Source: Malacoraja senta
Lineage: Eukaryota
DNA length: 64,000 nucleotides
Assembly (NCBI GenBank): GCA_038087875.1
Contig: JAXLNO010004798.1
Span: 1-64,000, forward strand
Reading direction: 5' to 3'
Below, piece after piece: positions 36,998-50,409 of the stretch (position 1 is the first letter of the stretch; every line of letters begins with the position of its first letter). The notes below the pieces were generated by a model that did no database searches, was not told the origin of the DNA, and was given only the letters and a program-made list of their open reading frames with translations. A program made the position numbers and the translations under genes.

Positions 36998-39900
36998 TTT
37001 TTTGTTCAAAATATACTTTATTCAGGTACATGAACCGTGCAAAAAAATTCATCCGACATTTTCGGAAGCTATATAAAATATTCAATACAGTCTACATACA
37101 TTGCTCACATTTCGCAGATGTATCCCCCACCCTTGCCACTCATGTGGCCCACTGGCGTGGAATCCCTTCCCTTATTTTGACGGGCATCTGCCCTCCATGT
37201 CTTGCAGAGGAAGGAACCTAGACTGTGGTCCTCCCCCACCGAGCCTTGGCGTTGGCTGCACGGAGCTTCAGTGCGTCCCTCAGCACGTACTCCTGCAATC
37301 TGCAGCGGGCCAGTCGGCAACATTCCCCGACGGACATCTCGCTCAGCTGGGTGTTGAACAACGCTTGGGCAGATTAAGAGCGTCTTTCACCGAGTTAATG
37401 ACCTTCCAGCAGCACTCGATGTCAGTCTCTGAATGCGTCCCTGGGAACAGTCCGCAAATCACAGAGTCCTCTGTGACGGAGCAGTTCGGAATAAACCGTG
37501 ACAGGGTCCCTTGCATACTTCTCCAGACTCTCTTTGCAAATCCACACTCTGCAAAGAGGTGGGCAACCGTCTCCTCTCCATACCAGCCGTCCGGAGGGCA
37601 GCGTGCGCTGGTAGTGAGGTTCCGACGGTGCAGGAATGATCTGCCTGGGATGACTCCCGTCACCGCCAGCCAAGCCAGGTCTTGGTGCTTGTTGGTGAGT
37701 TCTGGCGATGAGGCATTTTGCCAGACAAGCTGGGCAGTCCGCTCTGGGAACCACGCCACATGATCCATGGAGTCATTTCCCTGCAGTGCCTCCAAGAAGT
37801 TCCGTGCTGACCACTGCCCGATGGGCTTGTCGTTAAAGGTGTTGGTGCGGAAGAACCTTTCCACAAACGACAGATGGTGCGGCAATGTCCAGCTGACTGG
37901 CACATTGCGTGGCATCTGCGCCAGGCCTATCCTTCGCAACACCGGGGACAGGTAGAACCTCAGCAGGTAGTGACACTTGTTGCCCACGTGCCTTGGCTCT
38001 ACGCTCCGCCTGATTCAGTCACACACAAAGGTGGCCATCAGGGTGAGGGCGACGTTGGGCACGCTTTCACGCTGACGTGTATTGTGGCCTGTCGCACCTT
38101 GTCCATCCTCGACCCCCAAATGAACTGGAAGATGGCACGGGTGATCCCTGTGGCGTAGGAGGGAGGGACAGGCCACACTTGCGCCAAGTACAGCAGCCCC
38201 GAGAGCACCTCACATCTGATGACCAACTTGTTCCACATTATGGAGAGGGACCGTTGCTTCCACAGCGCCAGTTTCTTCACAACATTGGCTATCCGCTTCA
38301 GCCAATTCTTGTCACACGCCTCAGCCCCCCCCCCCCCCGAACCAGATCCCCAGCACCTTCAAGATGTCAGGCTTGATGCTGAAGGGGACTGAAGATCGGT
38401 CGGGCCAGTTGCCAAAGAGCATGGCTTCGCTCTTCTTGCGGTTCATCCTGGCTCCCAAGGCCGACTCAAACTGGTCGCAGATGCTGCTCAATCTGCGGAC
38501 CGACCCTGGATCCGAGCAGAAGACGGCGACATCGTCCATGTACAGGGAGGATTTGACCTGCCTTCTCCACTGCCTGGGAATGTCACTCCTCTTATGCTCG
38601 CGTCCTTCGTGATGGACTTGGCAAAAGGTTCAATACAACAGATGAACAAGACAGCGGAGAGATGGCAACCCTGCCTGACTCCAGACCTGACGGGGAAGCT
38701 GTCTGATTCCCACCCATTGATTTGGACTGCATTATAGATATCCAAGAACAGTTGGATCCAATTTCTGATTCCTTCTTCAAAGCCCATTTTGGAGAGAAGT
38801 CCCTCATTTACGTGTGCGATATCCTGTCAAAGGCCTTCTCCTGGTCCAAGCTATCTAGGCAGGCATCCACCCGTCTGTCCTGCATGTAGGCAATTGTATC
38901 TCTCAGCAGCACCAGGCTGTCTGAGATTTTCCGGCCAGGTACAACACAGGTTTGGTCCGTGTGGATCACCCGTCCCAGAGCAGACTTGACCCGGTTGGCG
39001 ATGGCCTTAGACAGAATTTTATAATCAACATTCAACAATGTGATGGGTCTCCAATTCTTTATATCCTTCATCTCCCCCTTCTGCTTGCAGATCAGAGCGA
39101 TGCTGCCCTTCCTCATTGAGTCTGACATGCTGCCGACTAGAAGCATGTCATTGTATATTTCCAGCAGGTCCGAGCCCACCCAGTCCCACAGAGCCGAATG
39201 CAACTCAGCCTGTAAGCCATCGCCTCCGGGAATTTTACTCGAGCCAAAGGAACGGATGTAGCCAGTCACATCCTCTAGGGTCAGTGGTTGGTCCAGACTC
39301 TCCCGCTTGCTGTCCTCCAAGATAGAGGACAGGAAGTTCTGGGAGGCGGTGCTGTCTGTGGCCTTTCTGTCATACAAATACGTATAAAAGGATTTGCAGC
39401 TCCTCAGCATATCCGTCTGCAAGGATGTTACCGAGCCGTCCTCCTCCCTAAGGCTGTTCACCACAGAGCTCCCCCGTGAACCTTATGGAAGAAGTAGCGT
39501 GAGCACGTCTCATCCTGCTCCATGTGGCGGACCCTAGATCGGAAGATGATTTTAGAGGATTCAGAGGTAAAGAGTCGAGCTTGCTGGCCCTTCAACTTGC
39601 TGGTTGATCCCTCACATCCACCCATCTCGACTGCAGAGGGATTAGTTGCTGCAAATCTGTCTGGAGTTGACACAATTTCCTGTGACTGTCTTGCTTTCTG
39701 AACCCCTTTAAATATCACCTTTCTCCAACATGAGTAGTCCCTCTTTAGTTACTCAATGTTCTCTCGGGTCAACAGCTTCACATTTAACTTACACGTTCCT
39801 CTGCCTGCCTTCCGGTCCTCCTGTAGGTGACAGGAAGCCTGAAGGAGGCAGAGAAGAACACCGGCGTGAGGTCGGTGTGTCTGACCATGACGGCCTTCGA

Positions 39901-41980
39901 TGTGAAGAGAAAGTCTATCCGGGACCGGACTGAACCGTCTGATCTCGACCAGGTGAACCTCGACTGGGACCTGCCTGGAGGGTCGCTGAAGGCGTTGCGC
40001 AGCTTTGCGTCGTTGACCGTCTCCATCAGGAGCTTGGAGGTGTTGTCCAGTCTGTGGTTGGCACTGCCGGATCGTCCAGCCGCATCGATGATGCAGTTGA
40101 AGTCACCGGCCAGAACGAGCTGCCGGGATGTCGCCAGCGGCGGTGGGAGCTGCTGGAGAACGGTCAGCCACTCGCTCTGGGGTGAGGCGTACACTTTAAT
40201 CAGCTGGAGCGGAGAGCCCTGTACATGACATCCACCACGACGAGACGCCCCCCAACCACCTCCCTGACCTCAGTGATGGCGAAGCTCCCTTCCCGCAGCA
40301 AGATCCCCAGACCGGAAACGCGACAGTCATTGCCCCCCGACCACACCGATAGTCTGTGGGGCCACCATCGTGACCACATCCGATAGAAGCGGAGGTGTGG
40401 CAGCCCGCACTCCTGCAGAAAGGTCACGTCCACCTTGACCTTGGCCAGGTACTGCAAAGCAATCGCACATCGCGCACTGTTCTTCACACTGCCAACATTT
40501 AATGATGCCAGTTTTAACTCCATTGCCCTTTAGAGTCACTGACAGTCATCTTGTCCCCTCATGCCCACCGCTTTGGTGAATTGCAGCACCTTTCTGGGGC
40601 TCAGGTACTGGATGCCAGCATCCTCAAGTAGGGGGGTCTCCTCTGTCCTAACCGGAGTTGTCATAGGGCGGGGGACCCTACTTGTTCCACCCCCTTCTGG
40701 GTGCACCACCCCTCCTTCTACTGTAGCCGGGGTACGGTGGCTGATTCAGTGCTCCCAGTCTCCCGGAGCTGGGGCCCATTGGACGCTGCCCTGCTCCCGG
40801 TCTCCCGGAGCTGGGGTCCATCGGCCGCTGCACTGCTCCCGGTCTCCTGGAGCTGGGGGATTATAGGCGTGGCCTCTCTTTTCCTCACCCGTTTTCTTCC
40901 TCTGCCTCTGTCGTCGGGTCCTCGATGTCACCTCATCCTCCGACGAGGAGAGGTTTCTGCCGTCTGTCCGGGAAATAACTATTTTCTTGGACTTACCCGT
41001 CCCTTCTGGCCTTTGCTCTTTGGGCAGAACCCTCCGGTGTTTCTTCCTGTTCACCACCTGCCATTACTCCCGCTGTTGCCCCTCTTACATCGACTCTCGC
41101 TCCTGGACAGGGCGCTGGGTGTCTCTGTCCGGCGCTTGGAGCTCGAGGTGGTAGGGCTGTCCTGTTCTCCCTTTCTGCTGGGGTCTTGGCAGTGGTGGGG
41201 GGCGTCTCGCCCAACCTGGGGATGTTGGCAACAGCCCCTCTTGTTGCCTGTGCGTAGGTAAAGGCTCTTTTATGGCAGGCCCTGTAAAGGCGGCCTGCCT
41301 CCCCGCTCAGGTTGCAGTTCTTGCAGACTTGGCAGTCCTTTGTCTCGTGGCCCTCCAGCTTGCAGTTATTGCAGACAACTGCACTGCATTGGGCCGCCAC
41401 ATATCCCGCGTAGATGATGTACTCTCGGTTCCCTCCGATAGCGAACACCGAGGGAGGGTGGATGATGGCTTCCTTCTCGTCCACCCTCAGCTTCACCTTC
41501 ACTTGCTGCTTACTCGTCCAGATCCCAAACAGGTCCTTCACATCCACACAGTTCCCTGCTCCCTCGACATAACGAGCAAGGAAGGTGAGGACATCCATGA
41601 CGGGCACATGTGGATTAAACATGTGCACCGTGATCATCCGTTCCTTCTGGGTGGGGGGGGGGGATGAAGAGCGGCTGCACCTTCAGCAGCGACAGCGGAG
41701 CTTCGTTCCCCTTCTCCCCGGAAGTTTTGCATCAACTTCTGCCATCCCGTCGGATACCTGAAAGTAACATCAAAGTATCCATTACCCGGGAAGTCCTGGA
41801 GGCAGTAGGTGTCCTTGGCCTCGAATTTGCAGGCCTCTAGCAAGACCTTCCTCACGAACAGGTCCCGTGAGAAGGGAGTCCCCTTGCTGAGGTCCTTCAC
41901 ACTGACTCGCAGGGTATTGCGGATACCCTGTCCTCCCGCTCCAATTGCTGCTGCCATTGTGACTGGAAAGGTGTAGGTTG
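36998..41980 (-). mobile_element. Tx1-clade (L1 superfamily) non-LTR retrotransposon, near full-length and degraded
   Basis: ORF1 remnants from 41957 (YCLQDFPGNGYFDVTF, CNNCKLEGHETKDC knuckles); ORF2 EN (LASLNV, FLQEC, LAGDFNC, SRID) from 40523; RT (NWRPITLLNVDYKI, DQEKAFDRI, GVRQGC, MDDV); C-terminal C..C..ETVAHLFAEC; AATAAA and short A-tail at 37022-36998. Confidence 0.9.
40750..40858. repeat. Three tandem 42-bp units in the Tx1 ORF1 C-terminus (PAPGDREQ)
   Basis: tgctccc.gtctcc.ggagctgggg at 40750, 40792 and 40834. Confidence 0.85.
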
Positions 41981-42277
41981 ATCATTTATTGTACATTAAT
42001 ACGGGTTTTGTAGCTGAAGTTCAGATAACCTTTTAGCTAGTGCAGGTGTATTCATCGGTTCCACTTTGTAGACAGTATAAGGCACTTTTTCAAACAACTC
42101 CAATAAAGTAATCAGGCACGATTTCTCTTTCACAATCCAAGCTGGAAGTGTCTGGTAACTTAGAATTTTATTTTACAAGTGCCTTGTTATTAACAGCTTC
42201 TAATATGTTCACATGATCGGTTTAAAGATAATTACTTTCTGTGCGCTTGCCTTCTTTCAATAAGGATTATGTTTGAT

Positions 42278-42611
42278 ATAGAAACAAAGAAACATAGAAA
42301 CATAGACAATAGGTGCAGGAGTAGGCCATTCGGCCCTTCGAGCCTGCACCGCCATTCAATATGATCATGGCTGATCATCCAACTCAGTATCCTGTACCTG
42401 CCTTCTCTCCATACCCCCTGATCCCTTTAGCCACAAGGGCCACATCTAACTCCCTCTTAAATATAGCCAATGAACTGGCCTCAACTACCTTCTGTGGCAG
42501 AGAATTCCAGAGATTCACCACTCTCTGTGTGAAAAATGTTTTTCTCATCTCGGTCCTAAAAGATTTCACCCTTATCCTTAAACTGTGACCCCTTGTTCTG
42601 GACTTCCCCAA
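42278..42611 (-). mobile_element. Young 5'-truncated CR1 3' end
   Basis: Highly similar to 29140-29466 (RTRGHSLRI..FFTQRVVNLWNSLP); (ATAGAAAC)n tail. Confidence 0.9.
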
Positions 42612-42952
42612 GGGGTCACAGTTTAAGGATAGGGGGGAAATCTTTTAGGACCGAGATGAGATATGTCTTCATCTAATAACATTTTAAGAAACTTCGAAAC
42701 TAAAATCAGCAAATGAGCTCTTACTAATCCCTTCTTTGAAATCCCGAGTAAACTGCCCACGAGGACTATGAGCGGCAACATTTCTTTACATTCCCAACTT
42801 ACTTCTGAGAGAAAGTTCACTACGCTACTTTGTCACTTCCAGTGACAGCTTTGTAGAACTTTTTGGTGCAATGGATTGAGTTCAATGGATTAATGCAAAC
42901 TACTAATATGCACCTATTTGTCTTTATTTTCCTATTATTAAATCCCCAGATA

Positions 42953-43802
42953 GATAGATAGATAGATATTTATTTGTTGTCATTTGAACCTAAGTTCAAA
43001 CGAAATTCTGTTTCTGCAGTCATACAAACAAGTAAAAAGAACCAAGACACAACACAATTTACACAAACATCCATCACAGTGAATCTCCTCCTCACTGTGA
43101 TGGAAGGCAAAGTCTTATCTCTCCCCTGCACTCCACATTCTCCTCCCGATGTCAAAGTCAAAGCCCCCGGCGGGCGATTGTAGATATGTCCCGCGGCCAT
43201 CAAAGTCGCTCCGGGCGATGCAAGGCCACGCTCCGGGTCTTGATGTTGTAGCCCCCTGTAGCGCCAGCAAGTCCCACGGCCACCAATGCCGCGCCGGGCG
43301 ATGCCAGACCCCGCTCCAGCTCATCCTCAACCCCGCAACTCGGGCGGGAGTGGCTGCCGTTGCGGGAGCCCCGAAAAGCGGTCTCGCACCATGGACCCGC
43401 GAGCTCCCAAGTTACCATCCACCATCTGCGGCTGAAGCCTTCGAATCTCCGGGGTCGGGTAGCAGCAGCGCGCCACCACAGCTCCTCCCGCTCCGAACTC
43501 GGCCAGCTCCACGATGGTGAGTAGTCCGCAGGCTCCGCGACTGGAGCCCCCAGGTCGTTCCGGTTGGAGGCCGCTCCACGGTGCTAGGCCCCAACGACAA
43601 CGGAGACCCGACAGAGAAAGGCCGTGTCTCCCGTGCAGGGAAAAGATTTTAAAAGTTTCCCCACCCCACCCCCGCCCCCCGCCCCCCCCCCACACATACC
43701 CAGTGAAAAAAAACACACTATACAAAACTCAAACAAAAAAAATAAAAAAAAAGACAGACGGACTGCAGAGGCCGCTGCAACGTGAGTCGCGCCGCCAACC
43801 AA
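42953..43802 (-). mobile_element. Non-autonomous GC-rich retroposon with a 35-bp TSD
   Basis: TSD ttgtctttattttcctattattaaatccccagata at 42918-42952 and 43803-43837; minus-strand 3' end gacaacaaataaa followed by (TATC)n. Confidence 0.8.
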
Positions 43803-43899
43803 TTGTCTTTATTTTCCTATTATTAAATCCCCAGATACATGTTTTATCAGATCCGTGCTCATTTTAAAATATTCATAACAAATTTTGCTAGCTTTGTCC

Positions 43900-44460
43900 T
43901 ATCTTGTTACCTACTCCGTTTTTCCTTTATTAGCCTATTGCCATATTGTGAAAGATTATAAAATACTGATGGTCCGGTTTCTTCATGATATGTATCTCCC
44001 CCCCCCCCCCACCTAAATTGGATAATACATATAATTGTTTTAGTTAATGTGGATGGTGTGTCTAGCCATAAATAATCATGTTGCAATGGATATATCGTCT
44101 GTGCTCTTAAATATCCTTTTAAATAGTCCCTGTTAAGGAACATAACACTTTTCCTTGTTGGGCCATCTACATATTGTTTGAGAAAATTTTCCTGCACACT
44201 TTTAAGAAATTCTGCCACATTTTGGAGTTTGTGCGCTATGGCAGTTCCGATCAATAAGAGGGAAGTTTCAACACTTACTACGACCCTACTATTTTTACAG
44301 TTATCTGCAACATCCATACACACCTGCTCCTCTAGTTTGCGGTGACTATTGTGGAGGCTGTAATACAACCGCTAAAAAATAATTACCCCCTTCTTATACC
44401 TAACTCCCACCCATGCAGCTTCACTCGGTCACCCCCCAAGCATATTCTCTCTCAATAGTG
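43900..44460 (-). mobile_element. Old CR1 endonuclease-region fragment
   Basis: ORF 43907..44368 contains EFLKSVQENFLKQYVDGPTR, similar to CR1 EN. Confidence 0.6.
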
Positions 44461-44579
44461 CCGTGGTGTTCCTTCTCGTGAAAATTCGACTGGTACCATA
44501 GACAAGATATAGTACATCTACTGTAAATAAATGGGATTATTATCACTTCAATGGAATGGATTGTGCAATTTGGCGTAGT

Positions 44580-44850
44580 TGCTTTTAAAGATACCGCATG
44601 GAAACAGGCCCTTCGGCGTCCAAATCCTCACCGCCCATCGATCACTCGTTCACAATCATTCTATGTTATCCCATTCCCTCCACACTAGGGGCAATTTACG
44701 CAGGCCAATTTGCCTACAAACCGGCACGTTTTGGGGATGTCGGGGGAAACTGGAACACTTGGAGGAAATCCACATGTTCGCATGGAGAATGTGCAAACTC
44801 CACATAGACAGTACCCAAGGTCAGGATCAAACTCGGGTATCGGGCAAGCT
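44580..44850 (-). mobile_element. Degenerate V-SINE (HE1-like)
   Basis: ggaaacaggcccttcggc tail and ggagaatgtgcaaactccacatagacag core, as in 35648-35946. Confidence 0.65.
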
Positions 44851-45984
44851 CTGCCTGCTGCGCCAATGTGCCGACCCTGTTGTCCTCATATTCACAGTCC
44901 TACCAATATTAAAACAGATGTGATGGGAAAGAAGGCCAAATGACCGGGTTTTAACTCGAATAAAGGCAGCACATGTTATTGTTTAACAATGTTAATTAAT
45001 CTCTGTTTATATCCCTATCGTACCGTACAGTCCCATATCGTACCATACAAAGACTATCTCCGAAACAAATATGCTTCCACTGTTAGATTCGGCTTGTCAC
45101 TGAATATTCAAAGAAACCTCGACAGATATACCATAGAAAGTATCGCTCCAAATAAGCGATACTTATTAATTGCTGGCATTTCTACTTCTAATTTGGAGAT
45201 ATTTTCTATACGGAAGGCTCTTTTTCATCTCATTCCCTTCATTGTTACTAACTTGAATTCATTGTCCTGCAAAATAACTTATATTGAAACGATGGCATCA
45301 GCTATAGTTTCAATATAAATGTACGCGAGTCATTGCGCCAATGTATACTAACTTTGTTTAACTGGTTACTTCAGATTGACCAATTTAGTTAGCCTTTAAC
45401 GTTAATGCTAATTTTAGTTCAGTTGAGTAGTAATCTTTTTTAAATAGATCAATCATGCGATTTACAGGAGATACCACAATGGGCGCACTACTACCCCCTG
45501 CCCCCCACCACTCCCCAATCTACCTTGCGTTATTCCCTCAATTGCTCGGAGCTTTCAAGATGATAGTAACTAATGTAAGAACTGGAACCTTCTCCAAATT
45601 TCATTGAAGACTCGACATTTTATTGGCCTGAAATAAGAAGAATGTTCTTCTTCGAATTCGTTTGAATTTACTGGTTACAGGGCAGTAGACTCTTAAACAA
45701 TGTGACGATTCAAGAGCAACTGGATAGATATTTTAGGGAAATCGCTGGATTTGGTGGTGAGAGCAGGAAAGTGACATTGACTTAAAAATATAGTTATAAT
45801 AGCAAATGGTTAAACAGTTACCAGAGGCTGCTTAGCCTAACACTGCTTCGATTTCTTATGGAGATTTGCCAGGCCTAAAAAAACATTATTATAAGGTTTC
45901 GCAAACAAGCAAACAATTCTCACTCTGTTTATTTCTTAACATAACCTATTTCTATCCAAGAGGTTTTAAGAATGCACGCCTCAC

Positions 45985-48444
45985 CTCGTAAAATCCTGTT
46001 GTATCCATGTTCAAAGTGTATGATGTCTTTTCATGTTCTGCAGACACATTCGCTCTATTCTTGATATTATTCGTGAGTGCGGCCGATTCATGCAGCTTTG
46101 GAAGCTTAAGATGACTCACGGCTTCATTTGGTGTCACCTCATCAATGAAATCTTGTGGGTAATTTTCATTATCACGAGCCTCCCTGTAACTGGGCGGCAT
46201 TTGAAGATTCGCGCTGGCCTTTTGAACTCCATGGGGCGAATTCCTCCTCCGCGGGAAATATGACGTGTCTCCAACGCAACAATGACTGCCAGAGTAATTT
46301 CCACTTCTATGTACCTTAATGCCGAGGATTACAATTGCCACAAATAAAATAAATGATGTTGTGCCAAACAAAATCATTAGATATAGTTTTACGTCAGTTT
46401 TCCATGGCCCAGTTGTCCCAAACAAGCCTTCATTGGATGAATTTTCTGCTAAATCGTCCTGTACTGATACATTAATCGTGACGGTGGACGAAAGGGACGG
46501 AGTTCCTTTATCCTTCACGACAATCACGATTTTCTGCTTGAGCGAATCTTTGTGTCGAAAGCGGCGAATTGTCCAAATCTCGCCAGTTTTTGGAGCTACA
46601 GTAAACAGGCTTTCATCCGTAGGGCGACGAAGCTCATAAGAAAGCTGTGCGTTCCGTCCAGAATCGGCATCAGTGGCCGTGACTTTTGAAACCAAGTAAC
46701 CTGAGTCTGCAGATCTTGGTATAGAATCATCAACTGCAGATAAAGGCGATATGATCACTGGAGCATTGTCATTCTGATCTATGATGACCACTTTCACGGT
46801 GGCGTTGCTGCTGAGCGGCGGGATCCCTGCATCCTTTACTTGCACATGGAATGTAAAGGTTTTTCTTTGTTCATAGTCAAACGACCTACGAGAGAACAGC
46901 GCCCCACTGGTCGGGTTTATTGAGACGAAAGTGGATGACGGCAACCCGTTTATCAGGCTATCCAAAATGGAGTACGACAATTGAGCATTCTGATTAGAAT
47001 CTGGATCAATTGCTGGCACAGAACCAATTGAAGAACCAATAACATTATTTTCTGTTACGTGCACCGTAAAAGAAGCCTGCGTAAATTGTGGGGCGTTGTC
47101 ATTTATATCCGCAATTTGAACTCGGATTAATTTCTTGGTCGAAAGTGGAGGCGAGCCACTATCTGTGCATGTAATTGTAACATTATACTCCGGCACCTTT
47201 TCACGATCTATGTTACCACGGGTAATTAACGTGAAGTAATTATCAAAAGAACCATTCAGATTGAAAGGGATATCTCCGGGGATGCTGCAAGAAACATAGG
47301 GTGAGTTTTCGTAATCTCGGTCCCTAACTCTTATAAGAGACACTGCCGTATTCGCAAAAATATTTTCTGGTATTGTGTTGAAGGTGGACGTTGTTATTAT
47401 TTCAGGCCAGTTATCATTAACATCGCTAATCCTTAATACAACTTTACAGTATACTGGTATTTGCTGAGTGCCTCTGTTTTCAGCTTGTACCAAAATCTGA
47501 TAGTTATTTGCTTCTTCGAAATCCACAGCACCAATTACCCTGATCTCCCCGCTTGCTGGGTCCAAACTAAACAATTCGCGTACTCTATCAGGAGTGTGAT
47601 CGCTGAAGGAATATATTACCTCGCCGTTTAGGCCTTCGTCCAAATCCTCGGCTATTACCTGCACTATCAAGGAATCTTTAGGCACATTTTCTGGTGTTGT
47701 GATTTGATAAATGCTTTGCTTGCAGACCGGAGCATTATCGTTCACATCAAGCACTGTAATAATGATTTGGGAGATTCCGATTTTTTTCGGGTTCCCGCCA
47801 TCAGTGGCCGTCAAGGTTAATCTATGTGTTGTTTGCTGCTCGCGATCAAGTGGTCGTTCCAGTACCAATTCTGGGATATCACTTTGTTCACCATTTGATT
47901 GCAGTTTTAAACTGAAATGCGCGCTTGGATTTAGCTGATAGGAATGAACACCATTTATTCCAGCGTCTGCGTCCATCGCACTCGGGAGTGGAATAATCGT
48001 CCCGACCGGCGCTACCTCAGATATTGCTTTGTTAATTTCCTCTCTCTGGAATAGGGGCGCGTTGTCGTTTATGTCGAGTATCTCAACTTCAATGCGATAT
48101 ATCTCAAGCGGGCCCTCGATTATGGCCTCTAACATCAACAAGCAACTGAAACGTTGTCCACAAAGCTCTTCTCTGTCTATTTTTTCTTTGATAAATATTG
48201 CTCCCGTCCTCAGGTTCACGGCTAGGTGCTGTATTTGCTTTTCTGATGCAACTCTAAATCTGCGCTGCGAAAGCTGCTTAATCTCCAACCCGAGATCCCG
48301 GGCAACATCACCAACAAAGGCACCAACCTCCAGCTCTTCCGGAATTGAGTAACGAATATTACGTTGTAGTGTATCAGAAAGGTGGAAGAGTAGCACATGG
48401 AAAACGGAAAGTTGCAACACTCGGTTGTTTAGCTGTGCGACCAT
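45985..48444 (-). CDS. Clustered protocadherin variable exon 3
   Basis: 830-aa ORF, NIRYSIPEE, C-X5-C (CGQRFSC), six EC repeats, TM LYLMILFGTTSFILFVAIVILGI; donor GAG|GTGAGG at 45985/45984. Confidence 0.95.
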
Positions 48445-48674
48445 TCTGAATTAAATTAGCCCGGTCATAGCCGCCGAATTTAAGGATTTCTTCCACCACG
48501 TTGGAAAGAACGCCGACAATGTAAATGCTGATTACCTTGAATATGTCGCCGAAAAGCTGTATTTCTTTCCTAAGCATACGAGCGATTTTTCTTCTGCGTT
48601 AATATGAGGTACAGAAATCCTTTTAGCTGAAATATGAGTCCAGAGTGTGGAACAATGAAACCGTTCCCTCTCCT

Positions 48675-48815
48675 CGATACTGCGCAGTGCTTGTTCAAAG
48701 GAGACTGATGCAGGATCCTCGACTACATTTCCTCCCCTCATTGGTAGAGAGCGACACATAGGGACTTGACCAATTATAACAGCAAATGCTCTTAAAGCAA
48801 CAATGCCTCCACTAT
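48675..48815 (-). promoter_or_regulatory. Promoter module of variable exon 3
   Basis: TGCGCA 48681, ATTGG 48740, CCAAT 48770, CTTAAAGCAACA 48791; aligns with 56050-56185. Confidence 0.65.
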
Positions 48816-50409
48816 GCTTCGGAAGATCTGCTTTGTGTATTTATCGGTGTGCAACTTTAGATTTTGCAGCCTTATATTTATAAAATTATGTTATGTACTC
48901 TTTGAGATGCAGCGTAATGAAAATTATACTTCCCATTATTGTAAATCATGTATTTGACGGATATTACTTACCTATTTTTGAAGATAGATTGCATTCAATA
49001 ACTGAAAGCGTTTGCTCCAAGTGCCTTTGAATATTATTTACATGCTTGTGCAACTAATTTATTATTCATCTACTAAACATACATTTAAAGTAATCTTCCA
49101 TTAACATACAAAGTCTCTCATCATATGAAATGTGGCTGCCTTGTAACAATATTCCTAGTAATACAGAGAATATTGCTAGTAATACACAATATGGAGCAGC
49201 TGAATGTCCCTATATTTTGAACGTTATTGTGTTCAATATGCAAGAAAATTTATCAAACTATAAAAGTAAACGTGCAGGATAGCCCGTTCTGCTCGCTCAA
49301 GCATAAACATTGGATTCAACGCAGACTGCAGTGGAGGTGATCGAGATCTTCATATTCCGATGTGTAAATGTTACTGATAGTGTTTTCCTTATACGACTAC
49401 AGTACATAAACGACATGAATTAATCCAGTGTCTCTTCGTCCCCAGAAGGCAAAGGACGTTCGTCATTTCTTCATTGATTCTGGCCAATTTCCACAGTTGC
49501 TCTAGAGAAAGCATCCCATCCGGATGCATCACAGCTTGAGGTGGCAACAGCTATGCCCACGGCCTCACGAAATTGCAGAGTTGTTAACCACATAATCCAT
49601 CTTTTCCCCACCGTCGACGCTATCTATGCCTCACGCTGCCTCAGTAAAGCAGCGATATACCAAAATACCAGTGGAATTCGATCATTCTCTCTTATCTGTT
49701 CTCCGGTCGGACAGATGAGACAATAGCTGGAAAGAATGAACCACCACATTCAGACTCTTGACCGGAATCTTGATGGGCTACGGATGATTTTTTGATGTCT
49801 TAGTCTACTTCGTTATAGCTCATGCCCTTTTCATCTGCACTTTCTCTGTAGCTATAATGCCAAATCCTGACTTTAAAAAAAAAACTATTTTACTGCCATG
49901 CGCTACATTGTTGCACTTATTATTTTGGTATAATTTGCCTGTATTGCACAGGAACGATGCTTTATACTGTATCTCAGTGCACGTGGAACGAATCATATGG
50001 AACTCTACTGTTCAAATCCCTATTGCATAAAAGTATAAACCAATCTGTAACGTTTCTAGCAATTATTCACTTGGTACACCTTTGGTCACACGCTTCCACT
50101 GCAAAATACAACACTCCATCTTCACGCTCTGCCTCCTAATATAAAGCCAGGTTTTTGATCCAATTGCATTGGATCCCATGGGCCCGAACATTTTGGACCA
50201 ACATCCTTCGTGGGATCTCATGTCCAAAAGCACTATATCAACCATGCTGCCATCGTCAATGCATTTTCTTCCAAACATAACCATATTGAAAGTCTATGAA
50301 TAGTTCCTGACTTTGCAAGTGTAGAGTAATCCTTTGCCTCAGTTCTTTCTTTACAATAGACTTTCTTGTCACTGAACTTAGTCTAATGGAGTGTAAATAC
50401 TGCCGTAGT

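Noticed and set aside
42795-42870. Strong minus-strand donor GAA|GTAAGT as a possible Pcdh constant exon
   Set aside because: No convincing acceptor, the frame checked has a stop, and there is no similarity to known constant-exon peptides.
43115-43867. Many overlapping ORFs in GC-rich segments (also 50528-51172)
   Set aside because: Stop-codon scarcity in GC-rich non-autonomous retroposons; no domain motifs.
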